Shown here: piece by piece, positions 36,951 to 45,377 of the stretch
Layout of the letters: every line of letters starts with the position of its first letter
Numbering within the stretch: the first letter of the stretch is position 1
From: an uncultured delta proteobacterium
GTDB taxonomy: Bacteria > Desulfobacterota > Desulfobacteria > Desulfobacterales > JAFDCJ01
DNA: 64,000 bases
NCBI GenBank assembly: GCA_963769935.1
Contig: CAVYNY010000018.1
Coordinates: 256,001-320,000, forward strand
Reading direction: 5' to 3'
The notes under the pieces: model-generated
Told to the model about the DNA's origin: nothing
The model's database searches: none
Seen by the model: the letters and a program-made list of their open reading frames with translations, nothing else
Translations under genes and position numbers: made by a program

Positions 36951-38354
36951 ATGAATCATTCCGAAATAAAAGATCATTTACCGGCGTTTATTGCCAAAAT
37001 GGAATCCGTAGGCCTGCCGCCTTTGGTAATCGACACCTTCGCCTATTATTACGGCGAGGTGCTCAGAGGTGAAACCGGCCTGGTCTATGACCGGGACATC
37101 CTACCGGTGGAGCAGGCTGAAATTGAGAGCTACAGTAAATTAACCGCATACGGCCTAACCGGTATTGACGTCTTTTCTCAGACGGTGCGAATTATACTCA
37201 ACGGCGGCCTGGGAACGAGCATGGGGTTGAAGGGCGCCAAATCTCTGGTTGTAATTAAAGATGGGATGTCTTTTCTGGACATCATCATGCGGCAGGCTGA
37301 AAACAGCGATGTTACACTGGCATTTATGAACAGTTTCAACACCCAAGATGATACGATGGCGGCCCTCAGAGAGTTGAAACCGTCTAAATTCCCGCTGAAT
37401 TTTTTGCAGCACAAATTTCCCAAGATATTCCGAAAGGACTTTTCACCGGCACGCTGGCCCCAAAATCCAAAGCTGGAATGGAATCCTCCCGGTCACGGCG
37501 ACGTCTACACCGCCCTTTTAACTTCCGGCATGCTGGAGTCGCTTCTAGCCAATGGCATCCTCTATGCCTTTATTTCAAACTCCGACAATTTAGGCGCCCG
37601 CTTGGATGAATCGCTATTGGGTTACTTCGCCCATCATCAGTTCCCGTTTATGATGGAAGTGGCGGAAAAAACGCCGGCGGATATCAAGGGCGGTCATCTG
37701 GCGCGGCATAAAAACGGCCGCTTGATTTTAAGGGAAGCCGCCCAGTGTCCCGCAGATGAGCTGGCGGCATTTCAGGACATTCAACGCTACCAGTACTTTA
37801 ATACCAACAATATTTGGGTCAACCTGAAAGAATTAAAGACGCTTTTCGAGCGCCAAAAGATAATTCACCTGCCGTTGATTCTCAACCCCAAAACCCTGGA
37901 CCCCAGGGATAAAAACAGTCCGCCGGTTTACCAGATAGAATCCGCCATGGGGGCTGCCATTTCTCTTTTTGAAGATGCGACGGCGGTGGTTGTCCCCCGA
38001 ACCCGTTTTTATCCCGTCAAAACCTGCAATGATCTTCTGGCGGTTCGCTCCGACTGTTTTGTGTATAATGTCGATGAAAGCCTGCGAATAAACCCGATTA
38101 GATTTAAGCGCAATAAACCGGATGCAACAAAAGTATACCTGGATCCGAAATATTACCGCAGACTTGACCAGCTCGAGAAAAGGTTCAGAAATGGAATTCC
38201 CTGCCTGGTGGATTGCGATGCTTTAATCATCGAAGGTGATGTGCTATTTGAAAAAGATGTAAAAATCAAGGGCAGTGTAGCGATTAAAAACACCGGCCAA
38301 ACCCAGGCCGTCATAAAGGCGGGCACTGTTATTGATCAAGACCTGGTGCTCTAA
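36951..38354 (+). CDS. UTP-glucose-1-phosphate uridylyltransferase, eukaryote-type (UDPGP family, not GalU)
   Basis: LNGGLGTSMG, MNSF.T, WNPPGHGD, FISNSDNLGA, KGG, FNTNNIW, RF.PVK...DLL and a C-terminal beta-helix. Confidence 0.9.
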   Translation: MNHSEIKDHLPAFIAKMESVGLPPLVIDTFAYYYGEVLRGETGLVYDRDILPVEQAEIESYSKLTAYGLTGIDVFSQTVRIILNGGLGTSMGLKGAKSLVVIKDGMSFLDIIMRQAENSDVTLAFMNSFNTQDDTMAALRELKPSKFPLNFLQHKFPKIFRKDFSPARWPQNPKLEWNPPGHGDVYTALLTSGMLESLLANGILYAFISNSDNLGARLDESLLGYFAHHQFPFMMEVAEKTPADIKGGHLARHKNGRLILREAAQCPADELAAFQDIQRYQYFNTNNIWVNLKELKTLFERQKIIHLPLILNPKTLDPRDKNSPPVYQIESAMGAAISLFEDATAVVVPRTRFYPVKTCNDLLAVRSDCFVYNVDESLRINPIRFKRNKPDATKVYLDPKYYRRLDQLEKRFRNGIPCLVDCDALIIEGDVLFEKDVKIKGSVAIKNTGQTQAVIKAGTVIDQDLVL

Positions 38355-38395
38355 TCCGGAGTTCCCGGCCCTTCCAACGAACGGGGAAAACCAAA

Positions 38396-39832
38396 TCACT
38401 GATTTCGCAATCTGGTCAAATATTTGATGGTCACCTTTTCTTTTGAATCCGGTGCAATTTTCAGCGATGCCGGCGTAAGCGCCAGATTGGCTGTAATGGT
38501 CCCCTTGGCATCTAAATTATTCAGCGGCACTTTTTCGGTATAAATTGTAGAGAGTGTCTCCAGTATTCGCTTCCCGCCGATGATTTCAACTGTTTTGGGA
38601 TCTAAATTAGCCTCCGCCAGGATAAATTTGTCCGGCAATCGGCCGACCCAATCAATTTGCACCGGCAATTCCTTTTTCATGAGTACATCCAGATCCACTT
38701 CCACCACTGCGGGTTTAACGTCTTTTAAAATGATGCCGGGCGGCAGGGAAATGCTTTCGCGGGTTATTGTAAAGCTGTTGGGGCCCATCTTGGATTTGCT
38801 CATATCCAACCTCACCTGCACCTGATCAGGCTTGATGGCTTTTATCAAAGCTCCCGATCCTTCCAATTCAAGGTTGACCGTATTCACGGAGGTCTTGACG
38901 ATTTCCATGGCGGGGTCGCGATTCATGTAGACCACCGGACTTTGAAAAGTGACCAGTGTGTCTCCTCCCCGGGAGACGCTGAACCAAACTCCGGTAATAA
39001 ATATGACGGAGAAAACAGCCGCGGCCGCCACCATCAGCCGTTCTCTGGTCATCTCGCGGCCTTTTTTGGAAGCAACGCCCATGTGCTCCTGCAGGATCAG
39101 CTCGAGCTTGCGCTTTTGTCTGACGATCACTAATTTGCCGCCCTGCGCAACCACCATGTCACCTCTTTCCTCGGAAACAACTATGACCAGGGCGTCGGTG
39201 GTTTCGGCCAATCCCAGTGCGGCACGATGGCGCGTTCCGTAATGCGTGGGCAGATCATCTCTGCGGGACAGAGGGAGAATGGCAGCGACCTGAACAATTT
39301 GATCACCTTGAATTACGGCAGCACCGTCATGGACCGGATTGTCGGGCCAGAAAATGCTCAAAATCATCTCTTTGGAAATTTCCCCTTTCCAGGGAATTCC
39401 CGGCTGGATCATTTCATCCACATCATCTTTGCCTGGAATTACAATTAAAGCGCCACATTTGCGCCCGGCCATATCATAGACACTTTGGACAATGATTTCG
39501 ATCGTACTGATAACGGTTTTCGACGATACGTCCCACAAAATGGCTCTCAAATGGCTGGCCTGTAAAACGCTCCGGATTTCATTGCGAAAAATGACTATTA
39601 TAATGAACGCGCCCAGGGTCACGACGCCCTGGACGACCCAGCTGGTAACAATTAACCCCATCGAAACCGCCGCCTGCTGAAAGAACCACAGGATGGTCAT
39701 GCCGATCAGCACCCGAAACGCATTGGTTCCTCTAAAAAGGATATAGAATCTGAAGAGAATATAGCTGACAAGGCCGATGTCGACGATGTCCTGCCAGCGA
39801 AGGCTGGATATCAGATAAATAAATTTTTCCAT
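38396..39832 (-). CDS. cdaA: Diadenylate cyclase CdaA fused to CdaR/YbbR domains
   Basis: Three N-terminal TM helices, F..EIR, HDGA, GTRHRAA and VSEERG; then a TM helix and YbbR-like repeats. Confidence 0.88.
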   Translation of the reverse strand: MEKFIYLISSLRWQDIVDIGLVSYILFRFYILFRGTNAFRVLIGMTILWFFQQAAVSMGLIVTSWVVQGVVTLGAFIIIVIFRNEIRSVLQASHLRAILWDVSSKTVISTIEIIVQSVYDMAGRKCGALIVIPGKDDVDEMIQPGIPWKGEISKEMILSIFWPDNPVHDGAAVIQGDQIVQVAAILPLSRRDDLPTHYGTRHRAALGLAETTDALVIVVSEERGDMVVAQGGKLVIVRQKRKLELILQEHMGVASKKGREMTRERLMVAAAAVFSVIFITGVWFSVSRGGDTLVTFQSPVVYMNRDPAMEIVKTSVNTVNLELEGSGALIKAIKPDQVQVRLDMSKSKMGPNSFTITRESISLPPGIILKDVKPAVVEVDLDVLMKKELPVQIDWVGRLPDKFILAEANLDPKTVEIIGGKRILETLSTIYTEKVPLNNLDAKGTITANLALTPASLKIAPDSKEKVTIKYLTRLRNQ

Positions 39833-39837
39833 TGCAC

Positions 39838-40344
39838 TTATTCCGTGATGCTGAACCGCAGCACGTGCAAAACCTTACCCTGCGAATCGGTAATTTCCAC
39901 CCGCCAGGGGCCGATATCTTCCTCGCGAAACTGGATGCTGCTGTAAGTCGACCAGCGCGGCGGCTTGAGTGTGAGCTTTATTTTGGCACTGGGGCGATCG
40001 CGGTGAAACCAATGATGATAAATAACGGTCTTTTGCGGAACCGGATCAAATGCGGTAAAACAAATTGCCATTCGATGTTCAATGGAAAACACGGTCGTCG
40101 AATTTTGGGGAAGCTGGTCTTGTATATCCTCACACATCACGGCTTGAACCAAAGCGATCTCGCCGCCGGATGTTTCGGTGTTCTCGCCGGTGTCTGATTC
40201 GGGTTGAGCTGATACCGGCGAGCTTTGAGCTGATACCGGTGAGCTTTGAGCTGATACCGGCCAGCCCGAAAAAAGAATAGTCGTAAAAAACAAAATAAAT
40301 AAGGTCCGATGATACATAGCTGCCTGCCAGATAAATTTATTCAA
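39838..40344 (-). CDS. DUF2914-like exported protein
   Basis: Signal peptide, CFT.F, H.W, RW.TYS and G.WRVE...G.VL....F; start uncertain. Confidence 0.7.
   Translation of the reverse strand: MNKFIWQAAMYHRTLFILFFTTILFSGWPVSAQSSPVSAQSSPVSAQPESDTGENTETSGGEIALVQAVMCEDIQDQLPQNSTTVFSIEHRMAICFTAFDPVPQKTVIYHHWFHRDRPSAKIKLTLKPPRWSTYSSIQFREEDIGPWRVEITDSQGKVLHVLRFSITE
40204..40260. repeat. 21-bp in-frame tandem repeat (PVSAQSS x ~3)
   Basis: TTGAGCTGATACCGG at 40204, 40225 and 40246. Confidence 0.85.
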
Positions 40345-40621
40345 AAAAAATTTGAGATGTTGGCGTACTGTAGCCGTTTAAAAACCAAAGAGAACAACTA
40401 AGCGTAGGGAACCAGATGTCGGCCGGACCCGGCTTGGGCCCTACAGGGAACGAACCAAACGGAAAAAATCAATCAATCTTTATTATTTCATTAAATATCT
40501 TATACTTATAATAGCAGTATTTTTCAAGATAAATTGTAAAAGATTTTGCAAATTTAATACAAATTTTGTAATCTATTAATTTTAAATTTTAAACCCTATT
40601 GAAATTATAAAGAAAAAAATT

Positions 40622-43600
40622 ATGGATCGAAAAGATCAGCTGATACAAAATCCCGCCCCGGGATCACATATGGTTAAATTTCGCGGAGATACGGTTGAAT
40701 TTACGCTGAATTTGCCGTACGCCCTAAACGGTACGGCTTGGGTCCGCACCAACATCGGCCAGGGCCGGATAATCAGAAAAGAAATCATTGAGCACGTCCA
40801 TACCGAAGAGACTCCTCTCGGCCGGGCGTGGTTTGACATTCCCATGCAGCGGGTCGACGAGCGGACATTTACGGGAAAACTTCCATTGTGTGAAATCGGT
40901 CACTTTGAAGCCAAGTGTTTCTTTTTGCCGGAAAATGAAATCACGCCGATCTGGCCGCCGGGTCTCAATACCGCGATCAACGTTGATTCGGCCGACGCCT
41001 GCTGTGCCGACATTATATATAATGCCTTCGTCAGGCAATTCGGCCCCAACAAAGCGGCCGTCGAAACCCTTAAACCTTCCGTAAAAGAGCTTATAAACCA
41101 TCTGGATCAAATCGGCTACACCGTCATCCCGCAATCCGGAACGTTTCGCGACCTGATTGCTGAACTTGACTTCATTCTGGGCGAGCTGGGTTGCCGGATT
41201 CTAATGCTGCTGCCGATCCATCCCACCCCAACGACCTACGGCCGCATGGGAAGATTCGGCAGCCCCTATGCTGCCTTGAGCTTTACGGCCGTTGATCCGG
41301 CATTGGCCGTGTTCGATCCCCATGCCACCCCACTGGAACAATTCATCGAGCTGGTGGACGCTGTTCATCAGCGCAATGCCGGCATATTTATCGACATCGC
41401 CATTAATCATACCGGCTGGGCGGCCGGTCTGCATGAATCCCACCCTAACTGGCTGGTGCGCAACCCCGAGGGGAAGATTGAAGTCCCCGGCGCCTGGGGC
41501 GTGAGCTGGGAAGACCTCACCAAACTGGATTACACTCACAAAGATCTCTGGCAGTACATGGCCGATGTTTTTTTAACCTGGTGCAACCGCGGGGTGGACG
41601 GATTTCGCTGCGATGCCGGTTACATGATTCCGCAAGATGCCTGGCAATACATGGTCGCCAGAGTTCGCGACCAATATCCGGACACTGTGTTCTTGCTGGA
41701 AGGCCTGGGCGGAAAAATATCGGTGACCAGAGAGCTTTTAAACACCGCGGGGTTAAATTGGGCCTATTCGGAATTGTTTCAAAATTATGATCGCGGCCAG
41801 ATTGAAAACTACCTGCCCCAAGCCATCGCTATTTCCGAGAGCGACGGAATTACCGTCCATTTTGCCGAAACTCACGATAATTTGAGACTGGCATCCCGTT
41901 CGAATGTTTACGCCCGCATGCGCACGGCATTGTGCGCTCTGGCATCACCGCAGGGTGCTTTTGGATTTGCCAATGGGGTGGAGTGGTATGCGGCGGAAAA
42001 AATCAATGTTCACAACAGTCCGTCACTCAACTGGGGCGCAACACCCAACCAGGTGAGCCACATTCGGCGACTAAATGATCTGCTGAAGAGCCACCCGGCT
42101 TTCCACGGCGAAACGGAATTAAAAATGGTCCAGGAGGGCGCCGGCAATTATATTGCGCTGCTACGGCACCACAAACCGACGGGTAAACGGCTGCTGGTGG
42201 TTGTCAACCTGGATGACGGGAACCGGACTTCGGCCGGCTGGAATCGGAGCGCGGCCGGGATGAATGGTCCGCAATTTTTCGATCTTCTTTCCGATACCGC
42301 AGTAACGGTCACCCGGTCGGAAATTCTGGACAGCTGCCGTTTGGAACCCGGGCAGGTGCTGTGTCTCACTCAGGATGAAAACGATTTTAAGGCTGTGCAA
42401 AAATTGCCGGCGGCGGCTTTTGGCCTGCCCGCCCGAATCGAAAGCCAGCGTCTGCAGGCCAAGGCCCTGGAAGTGTTCACCTTTTATCACGGAACCGTGG
42501 ATCTGGCAGAGTTTGATGCGGCGGATGCCGCCCGGCAGCTAAACCATGATCCGGTCAACTTCTGCCGGGAACTCAATCCAGACAGCCGGGAGCCTCGCGT
42601 CGTCACCTGGCAATGGCCGCAAGATCTTCGTCGTGAAGTCATGCTACCCCCGGGACATTTTTTATGGGTGCAGGCGGATTGCGCGTTTCGCGCTCGCCTG
42701 ATCAGCGAAAGGTTCACACTATCCTGTGAGAAAAGCTTTGAGCGGACGGACGGCACTTTTTTTGCCTTATTTACTCCCCTCGATCCCCCCGAATGCCCGC
42801 AGTCCTGCACACTGGTACTTTCCGTTTATACGCCCGGCGGCGGGCAGCATGCAAAAGGCCCTCTATTGCTGCTGCCCAAATTCGAGCATAGCGAGGTAAA
42901 GCAACTATTTCCCCACGCCGAATTGCTGAACAGCCGTCTCACTTTTCTGGCGACCAACGGCCGCGGTGCCATGGTGAAAGCCCCGGTGAACTGGGGCAGA
43001 CTGAACAGTCGCTACGACAGTCTGCTGGCAGCCAACCTCAGTCGCGAATTTCCCGAGGACCGCTGGATTATGTTTACCCGCTGTCGGGGCTGGCTGGTGT
43101 TCCAGGGTTACTCCCAGGATCTGGACTCCAAATGTCTGGAAGCGTTCGCTGTCGATGACGCCGGCAGCGGTTTTTGGCGCTATCACATCCCGGCCGGACA
43201 GGGACAAAACACTTTAGTGACCCTCGGCTTAAAGATGCTGTCCGGCGAAAACGCCCTGCAAATGACTTTTTTTCGTCACCCCTGCGAGGGTAAACATGAT
43301 CGTCTGGAAGATAACAAACCCGTTCGACTCATTCTACGGCCGGACATTGAAAACCGCGGCTTTCATGAGACGACCAAAGCCTATATGGGTCCGGAAAGCC
43401 GATGGCCTCAAACCGTCGTTCCAACCCGGCAGGGATTTGATTTCAACCCGGACGCCCGCCATCGCCTGCGGGTTTCGATATCCGAGGGTCAATTTGTGTG
43501 GGAACCGGAATGGCAGTATATGGTTTATCGGCCCCAGGATGCCGAACGCGGCCAGGATCCGGATTCGGATCTGTTCAGTCCCGGATATTTTGCGGTGTCT

Positions 43601-44923
43601 TTAAAAGGCAGCCAACAGGTCTGCCTTTCGGCGGAAATCAGATCCGCAGATGATTCCAAATCCTTGAAAATGCATCCTCCTGTCGGATTTAATGCCGGAC
43701 CGTCGTCTCTCGAAAATAATATCCGGTGTAATCCGCGGGAGATTTTGTCACGGGCTTTGGATGCTTTCGTGGTGCAGCGCGGTGCCCATAAATCCGTCAT
43801 TGCGGGGTATCCCTGGTTTCTGGACTGGGGACGGGATGCATTGATCTTTGTGCGCGGTTTGATCGCAGCCGGACGGACGGACGAGGCCCGATCCATCATC
43901 AAGCAATTCGGCCAATTCGAACAACAGGGAACCCTGCCCAACATGATCCACGGTCAGGAGGCCGCCAACCGGGATACCTCGGATGCCCCTCTATGGTTCA
44001 TTGTGGCCTGTGATGAATTATTGCAGGCCGAAAAATCAGCTGACTTTCTGGAAGCAGATTGCGGCGGCCGTTCCATTCGCCGTATTTTATTGTCCATCGG
44101 TCAGTCCATTGTGGACGGCACACCCAACGGCATCCGAATGGACCCCGCAACCGGACTGGTATTCAGCCCGGCCCATTTTACCTGGATGGATACAAATTAT
44201 CCGGCGGGCACCCCGCGCGAAGGATACCCGGTTGAAATTCAGGCCTTGTGGTATGCCGCCCTGAGTTCGCTGGCCAAGGTCGATCGTACCGATGAACAGG
44301 ACAATTGGCGCCAAATGTCCCGTCAGGTTCAAACCTCCATTTTGAAACTGTTTCGGGCAAACAACCAGGATTATCTTTCCGACTGCCTGCATGCCGCTGC
44401 CGGACAGACGGCCTCGCAAGCAGCCGCTGACGATGCCCTGCGTCCGAACCAGATTCTGGCCGTCAGCCTGGGCGCCGTCCGGGATAAAGCTACCTGCCGC
44501 CGCATTCTGGCGTCTTGCGAGACGCTTTTGGTGCCGGGCGCCATCCGCAGTCTGGCGGATAGACCCGTGCATTACCCAATAGAGATTATTCATCAGGGAA
44601 ATCTTATTAATGATCCCCATCATCCATACCGGGGACAATACCGCGGTGATGAAGATACCCGGCGCAAACCCGCCTATCACAATGGAACGGCCTGGACCTG
44701 GCTGTTTCCCTCCTTTTGTGAAGCGTGGGCGGTAACTTACGGGCCTAAAAGCAGAAAAACGGCCTTGGCTTTGCTCGCCAGCGGCTTCCGGTTGCTTGAG
44801 CGGGGCTGTGTGGGTCACATTCCGGAGATACTGGACGGCGATTTTCCCCATCCACCCCGCGGCTGCGCAGCACAGGCCTGGGGCGCCAGTGAACTGCTCA
44901 GGGTATTGTTGAAATTAAAATAA
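40622..44923 (+). CDS. Bifunctional glycogen debranching enzyme (GH13 glucanotransferase-like + amylo-alpha-1,6-glucosidase), AGL-like
   Basis: GH13 motifs GSPYA, NHT, DGFRCDAG and ETHDN; C-terminal IAGYPWF.DWGRD, TWMD, PREG.PVEIQALWY, LRPNQ, YHNG and AQAW. Confidence 0.88.
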   Translation: MDRKDQLIQNPAPGSHMVKFRGDTVEFTLNLPYALNGTAWVRTNIGQGRIIRKEIIEHVHTEETPLGRAWFDIPMQRVDERTFTGKLPLCEIGHFEAKCFFLPENEITPIWPPGLNTAINVDSADACCADIIYNAFVRQFGPNKAAVETLKPSVKELINHLDQIGYTVIPQSGTFRDLIAELDFILGELGCRILMLLPIHPTPTTYGRMGRFGSPYAALSFTAVDPALAVFDPHATPLEQFIELVDAVHQRNAGIFIDIAINHTGWAAGLHESHPNWLVRNPEGKIEVPGAWGVSWEDLTKLDYTHKDLWQYMADVFLTWCNRGVDGFRCDAGYMIPQDAWQYMVARVRDQYPDTVFLLEGLGGKISVTRELLNTAGLNWAYSELFQNYDRGQIENYLPQAIAISESDGITVHFAETHDNLRLASRSNVYARMRTALCALASPQGAFGFANGVEWYAAEKINVHNSPSLNWGATPNQVSHIRRLNDLLKSHPAFHGETELKMVQEGAGNYIALLRHHKPTGKRLLVVVNLDDGNRTSAGWNRSAAGMNGPQFFDLLSDTAVTVTRSEILDSCRLEPGQVLCLTQDENDFKAVQKLPAAAFGLPARIESQRLQAKALEVFTFYHGTVDLAEFDAADAARQLNHDPVNFCRELNPDSREPRVVTWQWPQDLRREVMLPPGHFLWVQADCAFRARLISERFTLSCEKSFERTDGTFFALFTPLDPPECPQSCTLVLSVYTPGGGQHAKGPLLLLPKFEHSEVKQLFPHAELLNSRLTFLATNGRGAMVKAPVNWGRLNSRYDSLLAANLSREFPEDRWIMFTRCRGWLVFQGYSQDLDSKCLEAFAVDDAGSGFWRYHIPAGQGQNTLVTLGLKMLSGENALQMTFFRHPCEGKHDRLEDNKPVRLILRPDIENRGFHETTKAYMGPESRWPQTVVPTRQGFDFNPDARHRLRVSISEGQFVWEPEWQYMVYRPQDAERGQDPDSDLFSPGYFAVSLKGSQQVCLSAEIRSADDSKSLKMHPPVGFNAGPSSLENNIRCNPREILSRALDAFVVQRGAHKSVIAGYPWFLDWGRDALIFVRGLIAAGRTDEARSIIKQFGQFEQQGTLPNMIHGQEAANRDTSDAPLWFIVACDELLQAEKSADFLEADCGGRSIRRILLSIGQSIVDGTPNGIRMDPATGLVFSPAHFTWMDTNYPAGTPREGYPVEIQALWYAALSSLAKVDRTDEQDNWRQMSRQVQTSILKLFRANNQDYLSDCLHAAAGQTASQAAADDALRPNQILAVSLGAVRDKATCRRILASCETLLVPGAIRSLADRPVHYPIEIIHQGNLINDPHHPYRGQYRGDEDTRRKPAYHNGTAWTWLFPSFCEAWAVTYGPKSRKTALALLASGFRLLERGCVGHIPEILDGDFPHPPRGCAAQAWGASELLRVLLKLK

Positions 44924-45126
44924 CTTCAGGTGTGGCAGCATTATCCCCAACAACCTGGGGGTTAGAATAAGGTGACGATTTGCCGGTCAATAACAAATTA
45001 TAACGATCGTCACTTTCCAAAGTTGATTTTTTAACATTTAAACCCTATGTTGGAATTCGGATTCTTGTTGCACCAACCCGCGAGTGCGGCAAAGGGCGCC
45101 TGCGGTAATGTATAAGAAACAAGTTA

Positions 45127-45289
45127 GGGGCTTTGCCCCAATTGGAATGGTGGAATGGTGGAAAAATGGGTCTTGGGAGACTGCAATAGTGGCTAAATGG
45201 TAACATTCGTCTTGACTTAAACGTCTGAACAGATAAAATCCTTAAAAATCCACTATTCCATCGCTCCAATATTCCATTATTCCAATACT
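45127..45289. repeat. Inverted octamer tandem-repeat element
   Basis: GGGGCTTTGCCCC hairpin, then TGGAATGG-type units (45143-45200) facing complementary CCA(A/T)TATT-type units (45250-45289). Confidence 0.65.
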
Positions 45290-45377
45290 GAGGCAGATAC
45301 GCATGCCTCAAAAAATACCACTTTTATTCAAACAGTGATAGATACTACGAGACATTTAATTAGAGGCTTCTTGATCA

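Noticed and set aside
40345..40621. c-di-AMP (ydaO) riboswitch upstream of the cdaA unit
   Set aside because: The conserved ydaO sequence blocks were not recognised on either strand.
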